Assembly: GCA_040954595.2 (NCBI GenBank)
Contig: JBECUI020000031.1
Location: 186,001-250,000 of the forward strand
Reading direction: 5' to 3'
Length of the DNA: 64,000 nucleotides
Source of the DNA: Balanoglossus misakiensis
Lineage: Eukaryota > Animalia > Hemichordata
The position numbers and the translations under genes were made by a program. Of this stretch, positions 30,493-41,977 are shown piece by piece; positions within the stretch are counted from its first letter, which is position 1; the number at the start of each line of letters is the position of its first letter. The notes under the pieces are model-generated. The model was not told where the DNA came from and searched no databases. It worked only from the letters and a program-made list of their open reading frames with translations.

Positions 30493-31659
30493 ATGCCCAT
30501 CCATATAAAAAGCACATGTAAAAACAAGAAAACAGGAAGCTTAAAGTTGCTTTTTTCACTCATGTTGTTCACATTGCTGTCCTGCCAACAGCAGGGTGAG
30601 GGGCGTTTACGCCAACATGAACTCTTTACTCTTTCTCTGGGAACCCTAGCAGGAGAGTTGGACTGGTTTTATCGGGATTCCTACCAGATTGCCAGTATGG
30701 CGGAAATTTACACCCGTGATGGTCTGGTTTTTATTTCCGGCTCTAAGTCAGGAAAAATCGTTGCTTTTAATTCCTATGGCAACCTCCTCACCCTCCTCTA
30801 TGATCCTGCCCGAAACCCCGAACTGGTTATCCCTCAGAAGGAAGAAGGAGGACTTTCCATTAAGCCCTGGCCCCTGCGTGATCCCAAAGCCATAGCGATA
30901 GGAGATTCCTACATCTATGTGGAAGATCGCATCGCTACCGACTATATGGTTGTGGATGAGGAACTAGGGGTGCTGTCCAACCGGGTGATTCTCCGTTTCG
31001 ATAGAGATGGAAATTACGTTGACTACCTAGGGCGAAAAGGAATTGATGGATTACCGTTCCCCCGCATAGCAGAGTTGGATGTCAGAGAAGATGGAAGCCT
31101 GGTGGTTATCGGAAGGACCATCGATGCCTGGTACTCCTGGTGGTTCGATGTCGAAGGGAACCCCATCGCAACGGTCAGAATTGATAACGACAAACTCCCT
31201 ATGGATCCTGAGGGCTGGGATGCCAGTGTCTATACAATTAAGCCCGATCTACAACACTTGGTTCTTTACATAAGAGTTGACTTTCATCCCCCTGTGGGTA
31301 CTCAAGAGAACATCAGGGCCCGCCTGTATTCCTTTGACTTGACCTCCAGGCTCTACGATGAGGGAATTAATTTTCCCATAGACGACCCCTCTTCCGTCCC
31401 CCCTGAATATCTGGGAACCAGTGGAGAAGGAACTCATTTCTTTCTGTCCTTTGAGTCCCCCGATACTTACCAACTTACTCTTATGGAAGGAAACGGAAAG
31501 GTTATCCAGTGGCGTCGCCTCACGGTAGATGAAAAGTTTTCTGTTTACCGCCGTTTTCATCTACAGCCGAATGGACTTTTGGCGGGTATTTTTTTTGGTA
31601 AAGATCAGGCCCTGGTGGCCTGGTGGCGATCAGATCGCCTTGTGGATAATGAACGGTAG
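30493..31659 (+). CDS. Conserved spirochete lipoprotein (LIC_12708/BB0155-like), probable beta-propeller
   Basis: LLSC lipobox; FNSYGNLL, ILRFDRDG..YLGRKGIDGLPFP, WWRSDRL; divergent from secA. Confidence 0.75.
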   Translation: MPIHIKSTCKNKKTGSLKLLFSLMLFTLLSCQQQGEGRLRQHELFTLSLGTLAGELDWFYRDSYQIASMAEIYTRDGLVFISGSKSGKIVAFNSYGNLLTLLYDPARNPELVIPQKEEGGLSIKPWPLRDPKAIAIGDSYIYVEDRIATDYMVVDEELGVLSNRVILRFDRDGNYVDYLGRKGIDGLPFPRIAELDVREDGSLVVIGRTIDAWYSWWFDVEGNPIATVRIDNDKLPMDPEGWDASVYTIKPDLQHLVLYIRVDFHPPVGTQENIRARLYSFDLTSRLYDEGINFPIDDPSSVPPEYLGTSGEGTHFFLSFESPDTYQLTLMEGNGKVIQWRRLTVDEKFSVYRRFHLQPNGLLAGIFFGKDQALVAWWRSDRLVDNER

Positions 31660-32140
31660 GAATGGTTATGTTTACAGCAAGAAAGAGCGCATAAAGGAAT
31701 CATGGTACCTATCCCGAAAACTACGGCGCCCAATTCAACCCTCACGTCGACTCCTTTTTCTTGACCTTCTGCTTCTGGTCATGGCCCTGGGGCTGCTGGC
31801 CCCCTGGGCCATGCAATCCGCCGTTGAATTGGGACCATACAGGATTACCTGGAAACAACAAAGTCAAGAAGAGAACTCTCTTATCAGCCTCAAAGTAAGC
31901 TTACCCCTTTCTCGAAGGGAGAATCAAGAAGAAGGAATTTTTGTGTGGCGTATCTTTGACAAAGAGGGCAGGCAACTTCATGAAGAAAGTGATCTTCCTC
32001 CCCTCCCAGGGCTTAGCCGGGAATTCTCCGCCCTGTTGGAGATTCCTTTGGATTTCATGACCTTTTCTTTTTCCGTAGGAAGCCACAGGACATCTGTCAA
32101 GGTTAACGGTTCTTTAAGGTTGACGAAAAAGGAAGGATAG
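31649..32140 (+). CDS. Hypothetical single-TM protein
   Basis: Overlaps the upstream stop; YSKKERI..LLFLDLLLLV TM segment. Confidence 0.65.
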   Translation: MNGRNGYVYSKKERIKESWYLSRKLRRPIQPSRRLLFLDLLLLVMALGLLAPWAMQSAVELGPYRITWKQQSQEENSLISLKVSLPLSRRENQEEGIFVWRIFDKEGRQLHEESDLPPLPGLSREFSALLEIPLDFMTFSFSVGSHRTSVKVNGSLRLTKKEG

Positions 32141-32172
32141 TGTATCTTCTGGAAGAATAGTGTATCTTCTGG
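32137..32172 (+). repeat. Direct repeat (16 bp, 20-bp period) duplicating a -10 element
   Basis: atagtgtatcttctgg x2; TTGACG(32120)-17-TATCTT(32143) promoter uses the first copy. Confidence 0.75.
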
Positions 32173-32189
32173 TAAAGGGGGGAGGGTGA

Positions 32190-32618
32190 ATGTTCCAGTT
32201 TTATCTGTTAAGCGTTCTAACGAATATTCTGGCAGGATTGGCTCTGGCAGATGGGTTTATTAAACGGCGTTCCAAAGATTATGCCGAATATACTGGATTC
32301 ATGAGCAAGTTTCTTTATCGGGGAATTCTGGGGGGAATCAGCTTTCTGGTGGGAGTGATTTACCTTTTTATGGTTTCTCCTGGAAAACAGATTATTATTG
32401 GAGATTTATTGCCGGCTCTTTCGGGAATGATTGCTGGTTCGATCTTGTTAGCGGGTACCATAAGTTCCTGGTCTAAGGTTGGGGAGAGCAAGACTCCGGC
32501 TGAAATTGCCCGCAAGATGGAAAACCTTACCAAGCCCTATACCACCATTATTGGATTTCTGGCCATTATTTTTGGGATACTTCATGCCATTGTCGGCCCC
32601 ACTACCATTTTTCTCTAA
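32190..32618 (+). CDS. Conserved 4-TM membrane protein
   Basis: GGGAGG RBS; MFQFYLLSV..IIGDLLPALSG..GILHAI. Confidence 0.75.
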   Translation: MFQFYLLSVLTNILAGLALADGFIKRRSKDYAEYTGFMSKFLYRGILGGISFLVGVIYLFMVSPGKQIIIGDLLPALSGMIAGSILLAGTISSWSKVGESKTPAEIARKMENLTKPYTTIIGFLAIIFGILHAIVGPTTIFL

Positions 32619-32734
32619 TGGGCTCCCCGAGCTAAAAAGTCTTTTTTTAGCCTCAATAAGAAAAGTAGGACCAAAACCCGTAATCTGAAGAAATTTACCT
32701 GCCTACCGGCTTCCCCTGTAGGCCAGATTTTTAA

Positions 32735-33415
32735 TCACTCCCCAAGTTTTCCCATATGACGAATGTCCTTCCCCTTCACCATGAAAACCACCAGCTCTGC
32801 CAGGTTGGTGCCATGATCCGCCATCCGCTCCAGCATTTTGGCCACAGACTGAATATGGATCCCTCTTTCCACTTCCAAACTGTTATTCATCATTGCTTGT
32901 AGCAACTCCCTGAAATTCCTGCCATAGATCTCATCTACCTCATCATCCATTTTCATAATGTCCTGGGCTTTCTGAACATCTTTGGTAACAAAGGCATTTA
33001 TGGCGTGTTTTATCATAGACTGGGTAATGGCAGCCATTTTGGGAATATCAGTATAAGATTGTGAGGGCACAGTGGGCCCCAGGCTTATGACGCGCTCGCA
33101 AATATTCACCGCCAGGTCTCCAATACGTTCCAGATCGGTAACCATTTTTAAAGCCAGGGTAATAAAGCGAAGATCTGAAGCCATAGGCTGCCGTTTGGCC
33201 ATAGTGAGCAGACAAAGTTCGTCAGTTTCCATTTCGTCCCGGTTGATCTGGTGGTCCGAGTCTATGGTTCTCTGAGCCAACGCTACATCGCTGTTAATGA
33301 ACGCTTCAATGGACTGCTGAATCATTACCTCCACATTTCTGGCCATCACCAGGAGTTTTTCTTGAATTTCATTGAGTTCGTTTTCGTACTTTCTATCCGT
33401 ATGGAATTTATTCAT
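32735..33415 (-). CDS. phoU: Phosphate signalling/transport regulator PhoU
   Basis: RQPMASDLR, DLERIGDLAVNI, DDEVD, LERMADHGTNLAE. Confidence 0.96.
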   Translation of the reverse strand: MNKFHTDRKYENELNEIQEKLLVMARNVEVMIQQSIEAFINSDVALAQRTIDSDHQINRDEMETDELCLLTMAKRQPMASDLRFITLALKMVTDLERIGDLAVNICERVISLGPTVPSQSYTDIPKMAAITQSMIKHAINAFVTKDVQKAQDIMKMDDEVDEIYGRNFRELLQAMMNNSLEVERGIHIQSVAKMLERMADHGTNLAELVVFMVKGKDIRHMGKLGE

Positions 33416-33435
33416 AGACCTCTCTTTTTTGATGC

Positions 33436-34293
33436 TTATCCAAATTTTCCTGTAATATAATCCTCCGTACGCTTATCCTGTGGAGAAGTAAACAGGGAAT
33501 CAGTTTTCCCAAATTCAACAAGCTCGCCTAAAAAAAAGAACGCTGTGCGGTGAGAAACTCGAGCTGCCTGCTGCATGTTGTGAGTAACAATAACAATTGT
33601 GTATTGCTTTACCAAGCTATGGATCAGATCTTCAATCTTTGCGGTAGCTATGGGATCCAAGGCCGAACAGGGTTCGTCCATCAAAAGTCCTTCAGGTTCT
33701 ACAGCCAGGGCTCTGGCAATACAAAGCCGCTGCTGCTGCCCCCCAGAAAGACTGGAACCCGGTTCATCGAGGCGGTCCTTCACCTCTTCCCAGAGTGCTG
33801 CCCTGCTCAAGGCCTCTTCCACAATTTCAGAAGGGGGGCGGGAAGTTTTGATCTTAGTCAGTTTCAGACCGGCAAGAACATTGCCCCTAATGGACATGGT
33901 AGGAAAGGGATTGGGCTTCTGAAAGACCATCCCAATCCTGCGACGAAGGAGTACAGGATCGACAGCTTTGCTATAAAGGGAATGCTTGTCAAAAATGATA
34001 TTTCCCTCCAGTCTGGCCCCGGGTGTCAGTTCATGCATCCTGTTAAGACAGCGTATAAAGGTAGATTTTCCACATCCAGAGGGCCCAATAATTGCTGTTA
34101 CCTTCTTTTGGGGAATTTCCATATTGATGTCATAGAGGACTTGCTGCTTCCAAAACCAGGCCGATAATTCTTCAACACGAAACAGAGAAGGAAGGGCTTG
34201 TGTGAGATTATCCTTTGATTCTTCTACGGTTTTCTTTTCTGGCTGCGGATTAGTTTTTTCAAGCGGAGCGACTGTAGATGTGTTGATTCTCAT
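33436..34293 (-). CDS. pstB: Phosphate ABC transporter ATPase
   Basis: [41 protein letters not shown]. Confidence 0.97.
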   Translation of the reverse strand: MRINTSTVAPLEKTNPQPEKKTVEESKDNLTQALPSLFRVEELSAWFWKQQVLYDINMEIPQKKVTAIIGPSGCGKSTFIRCLNRMHELTPGARLEGNIIFDKHSLYSKAVDPVLLRRRIGMVFQKPNPFPTMSIRGNVLAGLKLTKIKTSRPPSEIVEEALSRAALWEEVKDRLDEPGSSLSGGQQQRLCIARALAVEPEGLLMDEPCSALDPIATAKIEDLIHSLVKQYTIVIVTHNMQQAARVSHRTAFFFLGELVEFGKTDSLFTSPQDKRTEDYITGKFG

Positions 34294-34299
34294 AGAAGT

Positions 34300-35157
34300 T
34301 TACCAATTTCTCCTTTTTTGAAGACGACTGCGTAGAAGTATAGCAAAGGCGTTAAGGCAGAGCATAGTCACCAGAAGAACCACAATACCCCCGGCGGCAT
34401 TGTTCAGGAAGGCCTGTTGTGGACGGGAAACCCAGTTAAAAATCTGTATAGGGAGTACCGTAAATGGTGAACCTAGCCCATCGGGCAGGAAAGCTACATA
34501 GGCCAAGGCCCCGACAACAAGTAAAGGTGCCGCTTCACCTATAATGCGCGATACGGACAGAATGGATCCAGTTAAAATTCCAGGGAATGCCATAGGAAGA
34601 ACTACCTGCCTTATAACTTGCCACCGTGTTGCTCCCAGAGCACAGGCCCCTTCTCGAACCGAATTCGGCACCGTCCTTATAGCCTCCCTAGAAGACATGA
34701 TTACGATGGGAAGAATGAGAAGAGCCATGGTGCAGGCTCCGGCTAGCAAGCTTCTCCCCATACCGAGAACTCTCACAAACAATTCAAGACCCAAGAGTCC
34801 ATAAATAATGGATGGAATTCCGGCTAAGTTGGCAATGTTAATCTCAATAAGACCTCCAAGCCAGCCGTGTTTGCCATACTCTTCCAGATAGATAGCCGCT
34901 CCAACCCCAAGAGGAAGAGCCAGGGTTGTCGTGAGAATGACTAGATAGAAACTCCCCACCAGTCCAGGAAGAATACCCGCCTTTTCTGCCTTGCGTGAAG
35001 GATAGCTGGTTAAGAAATCCCAAGTCAAACGGTCTCCTGCATCTACCGCAACGTTGGTTACAAGAATCACAAGGAAGACCAGGGGCAAAATAACTGTCAG
35101 AAGACATAAACCTATAAAGGCTTTTTCAGCAAGACGCCTCCGGAAAGCATAGCTCAT
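34300..35157 (-). CDS. pstA: Phosphate ABC transporter permease PstA
   Basis: [30 protein letters not shown]. Confidence 0.96.
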   Translation of the reverse strand: MSYAFRRRLAEKAFIGLCLLTVILPLVFLVILVTNVAVDAGDRLTWDFLTSYPSRKAEKAGILPGLVGSFYLVILTTTLALPLGVGAAIYLEEYGKHGWLGGLIEINIANLAGIPSIIYGLLGLELFVRVLGMGRSLLAGACTMALLILPIVIMSSREAIRTVPNSVREGACALGATRWQVIRQVVLPMAFPGILTGSILSVSRIIGEAAPLLVVGALAYVAFLPDGLGSPFTVLPIQIFNWVSRPQQAFLNNAAGGIVVLLVTMLCLNAFAILLRSRLQKRRNW

Positions 35158-36080
35158 AACTTCTCCTTAAAACGACGGGTCAAAACCTGGCTCACAATGT
35201 TCATGACCAGGGTCATAACAAAAAGAGAACTTCCCACCACAAAGATGGTCCTGTATTCCAGGGTCCCCGCAGGGGTATCGCCCAGGCTGACTTGAACGAT
35301 ATAGGTGGTCATGGTTTCAATGGGAACCCGCGGATCCAAAGTCAAGCGGGGCTGCAGCCCGGCCGCGATGGCCACTATCATAGTTTCTCCTATGGCCCTG
35401 GAAATTGCTAAAATGACCGAGACCACAATCCCTGAAAAGGCCGATGGAATGGTCACTTTGAAAACTGTTGCAAGCCTACCGGCACCAAGGGCATAGGCCC
35501 CTTCTTTAAGAGAAATTGGTACCGCATGGAGAACATCTTCGCTCAAAGAAGAGATCATGGGCACAATCATAATTCCCATCACGATTCCCGGGCTTAAGGC
35601 ATTGAATCCGGCAAGACCGGGAATTATCTTTTGCAACGCAGGGGTAACAAAGACCAGGGCAAAGTAACCGTAAACAATGGTCGGAACTCCTGCCAGAACC
35701 TCCAGCATTGGTTTGATTAGCTTCTGTAAAGTCTCAGGAGCAAACTCGCTCAGATAAATGGCAGAAAGCAAACCGAGAGGTAGGGCGGTCATAATGGCAA
35801 TGCCCGAAGTAAGAATAGTTCCAGTAAGAAGCGGCCAGATTCCAAAGTGTTTTTCATGAAAAAGCGGAGTCCATTGGGTGTCTCCAAAGAAATCCGCAAA
35901 AGAAACTTCTCGAAAAAAAGCCAGAGTTTCCACAAGCAGCACCGTCAGTATGGCCACCGTAATGGCAATGGAGATGACTCCGCAACCTCTTAGGCCCCCC
36001 TCCACCAGGTATTCCCGAAGGGGGGTAGCTCGATTGGCTTGCCGATTAAAGACTATCCTGCGGTTCTTATTCAAAGTCAT
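35154..36080 (-). CDS. pstC: Phosphate ABC transporter permease PstC
   Basis: [27 protein letters not shown]. Confidence 0.96.
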   Translation of the reverse strand: MTLNKNRRIVFNRQANRATPLREYLVEGGLRGCGVISIAITVAILTVLLVETLAFFREVSFADFFGDTQWTPLFHEKHFGIWPLLTGTILTSGIAIMTALPLGLLSAIYLSEFAPETLQKLIKPMLEVLAGVPTIVYGYFALVFVTPALQKIIPGLAGFNALSPGIVMGIMIVPMISSLSEDVLHAVPISLKEGAYALGAGRLATVFKVTIPSAFSGIVVSVILAISRAIGETMIVAIAAGLQPRLTLDPRVPIETMTTYIVQVSLGDTPAGTLEYRTIFVVGSSLFVMTLVMNIVSQVLTRRFKEKL

Positions 36081-37090
36081 TGTTTTTGCTTCTGCAGGAG
36101 CTCTTCGATGGTGATACCGACCATAGAGCCTCCACCGTCAAAAAGGGAACCTGTGACACCTTGATCAAATCGTTCTTGAATCAACTGGTATGCCTCGCCC
36201 GAAAAAGGGATATATCCGACTTCTTGAACAAGAGGAGACCCCTGAGTCAGATAAAAATTAACGAAACTCTGCACATCTTCACTGTTGGAGGCTTCTTTAT
36301 TGACATAAATAAACAAGGGGCGGGAAAGCGGTTGGTAGGTGCCTTTGACTACGGTTTCCAAGGAAGGCGTAATGGGGCCAACACCATTGTCATTATTGTT
36401 ATCTTCAATAGGAACAATCTTAATTTTATCCTCATTCTCTGTATAATAAGCTAAACCAAAGAAGCCCAAGGCAAAGGGATCATTGGCTATGCCTTGCACC
36501 AGGACATTATCGTCTTCACTTGAGGTATAATCCCCTCGGCTGGAATGCTCCTCTCCAACAATGGCCTCGGTAAAGTAGTCATAGGTTCCCGAGTCCACCC
36601 CGGGACCAAAGAGATGAATCTCTTCTTGCGGCCAGCCTGCCCGAATGTGATCCCACCGAAGTACTTTACCCTGAGCCTCAGGACTCCAAAGCTTTTTCAG
36701 TTCTTCCACCGTCATGTAGTCTACCCAGTCAGCCTCCTTGTGCACCACAATCACAATGCCATCGTAGGCAATGGGCAGCTCAATGTACTCAATCCCGTTT
36801 TCACGAAGCAATTTTACCTCTGAGGGTTTGATAGGACGGGAAGCATTATTGATGATTGTCTCACCTCTACCGAACTTTTTGAAGCCTCCACCGGTACCCG
36901 ATATCCCTATGGTGACTCGAGACGAGTATTCCACCTGAAATTCCTCGGCCACAGCCTCACTTATCAGAAAAACAGTACTAGATCCATCAATAGCTATAAT
37001 GGAAGATTCTTTCATTCTGCTCCCCATGAAAAAGAATCCTGATAAAGAGAAGAAAAGAACAACTATTATTTTTTTGCTTTTCAAGAACAT
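36077..37090 (-). CDS. pstS: Phosphate ABC transporter substrate-binding protein
   Basis: [43 protein letters not shown]. Confidence 0.95.
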   Translation of the reverse strand: MFLKSKKIIVVLFFSLSGFFFMGSRMKESSIIAIDGSSTVFLISEAVAEEFQVEYSSRVTIGISGTGGGFKKFGRGETIINNASRPIKPSEVKLLRENGIEYIELPIAYDGIVIVVHKEADWVDYMTVEELKKLWSPEAQGKVLRWDHIRAGWPQEEIHLFGPGVDSGTYDYFTEAIVGEEHSSRGDYTSSEDDNVLVQGIANDPFALGFFGLAYYTENEDKIKIVPIEDNNNDNGVGPITPSLETVVKGTYQPLSRPLFIYVNKEASNSEDVQSFVNFYLTQGSPLVQEVGYIPFSGEAYQLIQERFDQGVTGSLFDGGGSMVGITIEELLQKQKQ

Positions 37091-37134
37091 AGAATCTCCT
37101 TTTTGTTCTGCACATCCAGAGTTTATACCCTAGG

Positions 37135-37163
37135 CTTATAACAATCGAAGCAAATTTGTGCAA
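37135..37163 (-). promoter_or_regulatory. sigma70 promoter of the pst operon
   Basis: TTGCAC-17-TATAAG upstream of an AAGGAG RBS. Confidence 0.5.
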
Positions 37164-37450
37164 GAAAATAAAGTAAAAAAATTTAAGATGTGCATGTTCT
37201 TTTACGACATGGAAGAACCAAGGAGAGGGTTACTAAAAAAATTAAAGCAATTTTTTTAGCAAAAGAGAAAGGAATTTTTCCTAGCGACAACAAAAAAACT
37301 TGGATAGAAACCTCCAGTATTTTCCCCTTGATAGTCATCCTCTTCCTTAGTTTATTTATACTATACTAGGGAAAATACTGGTTTCATAACTTTCTCCAAA
37401 AAAACGGTATTAGCTCCTGGAAAAACGCCTTAAGGTTCTTGAAATAAGAG

Positions 37451-38242
37451 CTAGAAATTCACCTTTCTAACTTTGAATTCCTTGATATACCGTTCAAAAT
37501 CCGGAATAAGATAGAAACTACCTTCTGCAAAGGTTATCCCTGAGCTTTCTCTAGCTCCAATAACCCCATAACTTTCTGCCACCTGCATTGTTGTTAAATC
37601 AAAACGAAAAATGGTGGAATAGGCCTCGCTATACAAGTAAAGTTCGCCATTGGCAAAGGTGGCTCCCGCAATGGTGAACTGCGGCGGGAAGTTAATTTTT
37701 GTATCCATCATAGTCCCTGCCTCCAGATCCAACACATACATGTATTTCTCTGGCAGATCCTTATCAAAGAAATAGAGTTTCCCTGCATTGTAGGCCAGGT
37801 TGCCTGCCTTGATGGGTCTGTCGGAATTCAGAATTTTCTGCTCTCCTACCAATCTCAAACCGTCAGAAACGTCCAGTATATAAATTTTCCCGGTCTCGGC
37901 ACCAACATAGAGCATACCGTTGTTTCCGTAAGCTATGCCTTCCAAATCACCTTCTGTTTCAAAATCTAACTGATCGATAAGCTCAAAGTTAGCATCAAAT
38001 CTCAATACAGAAGCCACTTTCTGCGGAATCAAGGTATGGGGTTGATCGGTGGAAACATAAAAGTTATTATGGTCCTTATCGTAGGTAATACCCGCCGCAA
38101 GTATGTCTGCTGAGAAGTTCCAGCTCTCACTTACTTCCAATTTCTCCGATTCTATGGGAGAATTCAAAGTGTTATCATCTAACTCCTTTCCACAAGAAAT
38201 TAACACTAACAAAAAAATACCAACCACATTGAATAGCATCAT
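37451..38242 (-). CDS. Lipoprotein, SdiA-regulated/YjiK-like beta-propeller
   Basis: LISC lipobox; repeated blades AGITYD, DLEGIAY, ESSGITF; start 38242 or 38275. Confidence 0.7.
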   Translation of the reverse strand: MMLFNVVGIFLLVLISCGKELDDNTLNSPIESEKLEVSESWNFSADILAAGITYDKDHNNFYVSTDQPHTLIPQKVASVLRFDANFELIDQLDFETEGDLEGIAYGNNGMLYVGAETGKIYILDVSDGLRLVGEQKILNSDRPIKAGNLAYNAGKLYFFDKDLPEKYMYVLDLEAGTMMDTKINFPPQFTIAGATFANGELYLYSEAYSTIFRFDLTTMQVAESYGVIGARESSGITFAEGSFYLIPDFERYIKEFKVRKVNF

Positions 38243-38764
38243 CGGTCTGCCTGTCTCCAATTTTTCTCTCCTCATTGTTACAGATTCATTCCTCATAGAG
38301 AACAGGTCTTTCAAACGTTCTACTCTCAGAACATCACCATATCTCCACAAGTTAAAGAAAGCCAAGCTCAAGAATAACACAGCAGAAAATAAAAAAAAAG
38401 TGAGCTGTAAATTTTTTAGTCTTCTTCATGAAGTATTGCTTACGGCCTCCTTATTCGGAAAGGTATGCACGAACCTACTCCAACTCTATTTTTTCCTTTC
38501 AAGCCGCAATGTGATTTTTGTCATTAATGATTTTGATGACTCTAATCCCGGAGGGGGGGAGACCTAAAACCGTAAAGATGTTCTAGAGCCTTAAGACCTC
38601 TTTCTGGACGATACCCCCAGAAAACACATCGATAAGATGCTTAGTTTCAGGGACTGCTCACCTTGCAGCCCTTCCCTATCGAACGAGATATTACCAAGGA
38701 AAACTCTGCCTCAATCTCCTAAGTACTTTTCCTCTTGATGATTACTGTTCAGAAAAGACAGCTC

Positions 38765-39976
38765 CTAATAGCTGTAACGGGCTCCCAAGGTAAGACTTAT
38801 GCTGTTGGGAGCGCCAGGTAGTCCCAGGGAACCAACCTGGCGCTCCCAGGAAAAGAGATCCCAAGGTCCTCCTGCACTGACTGTAATATAACTTAAAAAG
38901 GTAAAGCCCTGAAAAATCTCCCAATTCCAGCCACCAGTAATCCGTGCAGACCCGTCAACGGGAGAAATAAGGGTCTGGAAAGACAGAGACTGGGTGGAGC
39001 GAAACTGCCAGACAAGTCCAGCATAGACCATGAGACCATAGCTTTGCCCCTTGATAAGCAGATCCTCATATTTCTGAGCCGTCCAGAACTGCCATGGCAA
39101 CAGCAGGGTTTCCAGCCGCAGGGTTAAGGTCCCGTCATAACCTACCGGGAACTGCTGAAAAATCCCCAAACTGAAGTTGACGGTTTCGCCGATTTCTTCG
39201 CCGGTATCTCTGACCTTGTCTTCAAGAGGTCTGGAAAAATCTGGCCCCAGGGCCAAAGAAAGGGCTCCGAACCAATTTACCCCGGCAAAAAATTCAAAGC
39301 CCAGATAGATACGCAGGCCCAGAAGATCGTAATTGACCTTGGTATCTCCCTTGTAAAGGATTCCTCCTTCCAGTCCCAAGCTGCCAAAGTTGCCCACAAA
39401 GCGTATACCGCCAGAACTCTTTTCCCATGTCTGTAAAGTCCAGAGGGACGGGGAATTTTCATACTCAGAAAGGAGGGCATTGGGAGGCATGATCACTCCC
39501 TCCAGATAGCTCAAATTACCCAAGGGAATGTTGACTGCACTCAGCCAGGCAGTCTCGCTGCGTAAGGAAGATTGGCTAAAGTCCAAAAAGGGAGTTAGGC
39601 TGCCAAAGAGAATGTCTCCGCTGTTAAAAACGAGCCCTGAACCCCAGGCCAGTTTGGTTTTTCCCACAGTAAGCCGCCAAGAGGGAAAAACAGCTTTGAA
39701 CCAGGCTCTCTTTAGAGTAAAAGCAGCCGTTTGAAGAGGGTTCCCGCTGAGGTCCAGGGGATAGTATTCCAGGGAAAGTTCAGCCCGCATGTTTTGGTTT
39801 CCCACCGAGCTCACTCGCAAATCAGCCTTTCCAGAAGCGACATAATACCACTGCCGGTCCATACCCTGATAGAGACCGTTGTAGAACTCCAGGTTCATAC
39901 CCACCACAGCCTCAGCAAGCAAGAACGAAGGAAAGAGGAAAAGAAAAATCAAGACCCAGGAAAAGCGGGGAAACAT
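38765..39976 (-). CDS. Probable outer-membrane beta-barrel protein
   Basis: Signal peptide, alternating beta-strands, LTVGKTKLAWGSG, C-terminal LGARYSY beta-signal. Confidence 0.7.
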   Translation of the reverse strand: MFPRFSWVLIFLFLFPSFLLAEAVVGMNLEFYNGLYQGMDRQWYYVASGKADLRVSSVGNQNMRAELSLEYYPLDLSGNPLQTAAFTLKRAWFKAVFPSWRLTVGKTKLAWGSGLVFNSGDILFGSLTPFLDFSQSSLRSETAWLSAVNIPLGNLSYLEGVIMPPNALLSEYENSPSLWTLQTWEKSSGGIRFVGNFGSLGLEGGILYKGDTKVNYDLLGLRIYLGFEFFAGVNWFGALSLALGPDFSRPLEDKVRDTGEEIGETVNFSLGIFQQFPVGYDGTLTLRLETLLLPWQFWTAQKYEDLLIKGQSYGLMVYAGLVWQFRSTQSLSFQTLISPVDGSARITGGWNWEIFQGFTFLSYITVSAGGPWDLFSWERQVGSLGLPGAPNSISLTLGARYSY

Positions 39977-39986
39977 GGTTATCTGC

Positions 39987-40712
39987 CTAGTAAAGCGATT
40001 GAAGGGAAAAGATTTCTTCCCTTAAGGGAAGATTTACTTCAAGTTCCTCCACCTTCATTTCTGTATGGGAATTCTTGCGTATTTTATCTTCTAAAACCAG
40101 ATGACTCAGATAGATCTGGTCTCCAAATTTTTTTATTTCCCGCACATGGAGAATTTTAAGGAGTTTCCCTGAACGGGCATAGTATTCTCCTCTCCTTAAA
40201 ATGTAGTCCTTACCGATTTTCAGGATCTGCTTCGGATAGGCCGTATCCCGACTGACAGCAAAAAGTTCCACTACCCACAGGGACTCTCCATCTAAGATTT
40301 CCTCCGGCAGCAAGGCCGCCTTGTACCTGGTCAGTATATCGTTATCCGCCGTCATGTCCTCATAGGAGATGTCGCCAAACAGGGATTGCTTTAAGGCTGC
40401 CCCGTTCATTTTGATGATGTCTTCGGCATCGGGATAAAAGAGATAGATTTCTTTTTGTACCCGCAGAACCTTCTGCCCCCGCTCCTCTACGTTGGTAAAT
40501 TCAATTAAAAAATCACTGCCTTCTCTGGACCAGGCAATGTAGTCACTACGCTTCTCTCCAAAACGGTCAAAGCTGATCATGGATCCAGAAACCTTTACGG
40601 TGTTGAAGTGAGTTTTGTTGTTCATGGTTCGAATAATCTGATCGGCATTTTGGGCCGTCAAAGGAAAAACACATCTTAAGAGTATGAGAACGATGCAATA
40701 TTTCTTGTTCAT
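39987..40712 (-). CDS. Outer membrane lipoprotein-sorting protein (LolA-like)
   Basis: GQKVLR..IYLFYP, SLFGDISYEDM, EYYARSGKLLK. Confidence 0.85.
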   Translation of the reverse strand: MNKKYCIVLILLRCVFPLTAQNADQIIRTMNNKTHFNTVKVSGSMISFDRFGEKRSDYIAWSREGSDFLIEFTNVEERGQKVLRVQKEIYLFYPDAEDIIKMNGAALKQSLFGDISYEDMTADNDILTRYKAALLPEEILDGESLWVVELFAVSRDTAYPKQILKIGKDYILRRGEYYARSGKLLKILHVREIKKFGDQIYLSHLVLEDKIRKNSHTEMKVEELEVNLPLREEIFSLQSLY

Positions 40713-40723
40713 TTTCTTCTTCC

Positions 40724-41971
40724 TTAAATACAGCGGAGGGCTTCAATGGGGCTAACTTTGGCGGCCCGTCGGGCTGGCCACCAGGTTCCCAGCATGGAGG
40801 CTAGTATCGCATAGAGAAACACGACTACGGTGGATCGGAAATTGACGATGGGGTAGATTACCGTAGACATGCCAAGATCGGTATTGCCTATGCGCTCTAA
40901 AGTCTCCTTAAAAACCGAGAAGCCCTTCACACTCAGATAGAGATTCACTCCCGTTCCAATAAGAACCCCCACCAAGGCACCCATAACACTGATCATCAGG
41001 GCTTCTAAAAAGAACAACCTTACCAGCTGTCTACCCCTCATCCCCATGGCTCCCAGAGTGCCGATCTCCCGCATCCTTTCCAAAATCACCATGATGGTCG
41101 TGTTGATAATAACGGTTCCGGCCAACAGAAAGAACACAATGGCAAGAATGTCGTAGACCAGCCTGGCCAGTTCCATATAGGACGCCATGCCAAGGATTTC
41201 CTTCCAGTGCAGTATGTTTAAGCTGTCGGAGCTCAGAGAAGGAAGAGTTTCTTTAAGGCGCCGAGCCACTTCCTGGGGAGATTCTCCCTTGGGGTCTACC
41301 TTGACCAGAATTTCCTGGACCTGGTTCGGCATCCAAAGAAGATTCTGAGCCGTATCCAGAGGAATAAGAACCTGAAGCTTGTTCAGCCCCGGTAGGCTGT
41401 ATCGAAGCAGACCTGTAACCATAAACGTCATGGCCTTGCTACCCCGAGAGGCTGTGGAGGTGAGTATGGTGAACTTATCACCCCTGTCTAAGTCCAGGTT
41501 TTCCGCCAATTGCCAGCCTATGGCAGCCTCCCTTTGACCCGCCGGCATCTGCCCTCCTGGAAGCAAAACAAGGGAAAAGTCCTGGTACTGGTTTTCCCGG
41601 TTAAAGTCCAGTCCCTGTCCTAGGATGTTGTGCTGCTTGTCTCCCTTATAAATTTTCCCCGGGAAATTAATGCGGGGAGAAGTTTCTGTTACGGCTGGAT
41701 CGGCTTCCAGGGCTTCTAAGAGGACTTGGTAATTCTCCAAAGACAGGTGTAGGGGATTGAGATGCTTGTACTTGTCAAAGTCGGCATTTCTGATCCGCAG
41801 GGCCCCCGAGAGGTAGGTCCAGGCATTGTTTTGTATGTCACCCAAAATTCCCCCTATCAAGCCGAAAAGAAGGACAATGCTGGCAGAGGCAATGGTGATG
41901 GCTGAACCAGAAAGCAGACTGCGCCGTTTGTTACGAAAAATGTTGCGGTAAGCAATTTGATAGAGTTTCAT
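40724..41971 (-). CDS. ABC transporter permease, FtsX/MacB/LolC-E family
   Basis: AYRNIFRNKRRS, ERMREIGTLGAMGM, PARRAAKVSPIEALR. Confidence 0.92.
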   Translation of the reverse strand: MKLYQIAYRNIFRNKRRSLLSGSAITIASASIVLLFGLIGGILGDIQNNAWTYLSGALRIRNADFDKYKHLNPLHLSLENYQVLLEALEADPAVTETSPRINFPGKIYKGDKQHNILGQGLDFNRENQYQDFSLVLLPGGQMPAGQREAAIGWQLAENLDLDRGDKFTILTSTASRGSKAMTFMVTGLLRYSLPGLNKLQVLIPLDTAQNLLWMPNQVQEILVKVDPKGESPQEVARRLKETLPSLSSDSLNILHWKEILGMASYMELARLVYDILAIVFFLLAGTVIINTTIMVILERMREIGTLGAMGMRGRQLVRLFFLEALMISVMGALVGVLIGTGVNLYLSVKGFSVFKETLERIGNTDLGMSTVIYPIVNFRSTVVVFLYAILASMLGTWWPARRAAKVSPIEALRCI

Positions 41972-41977
41972 AAATTT

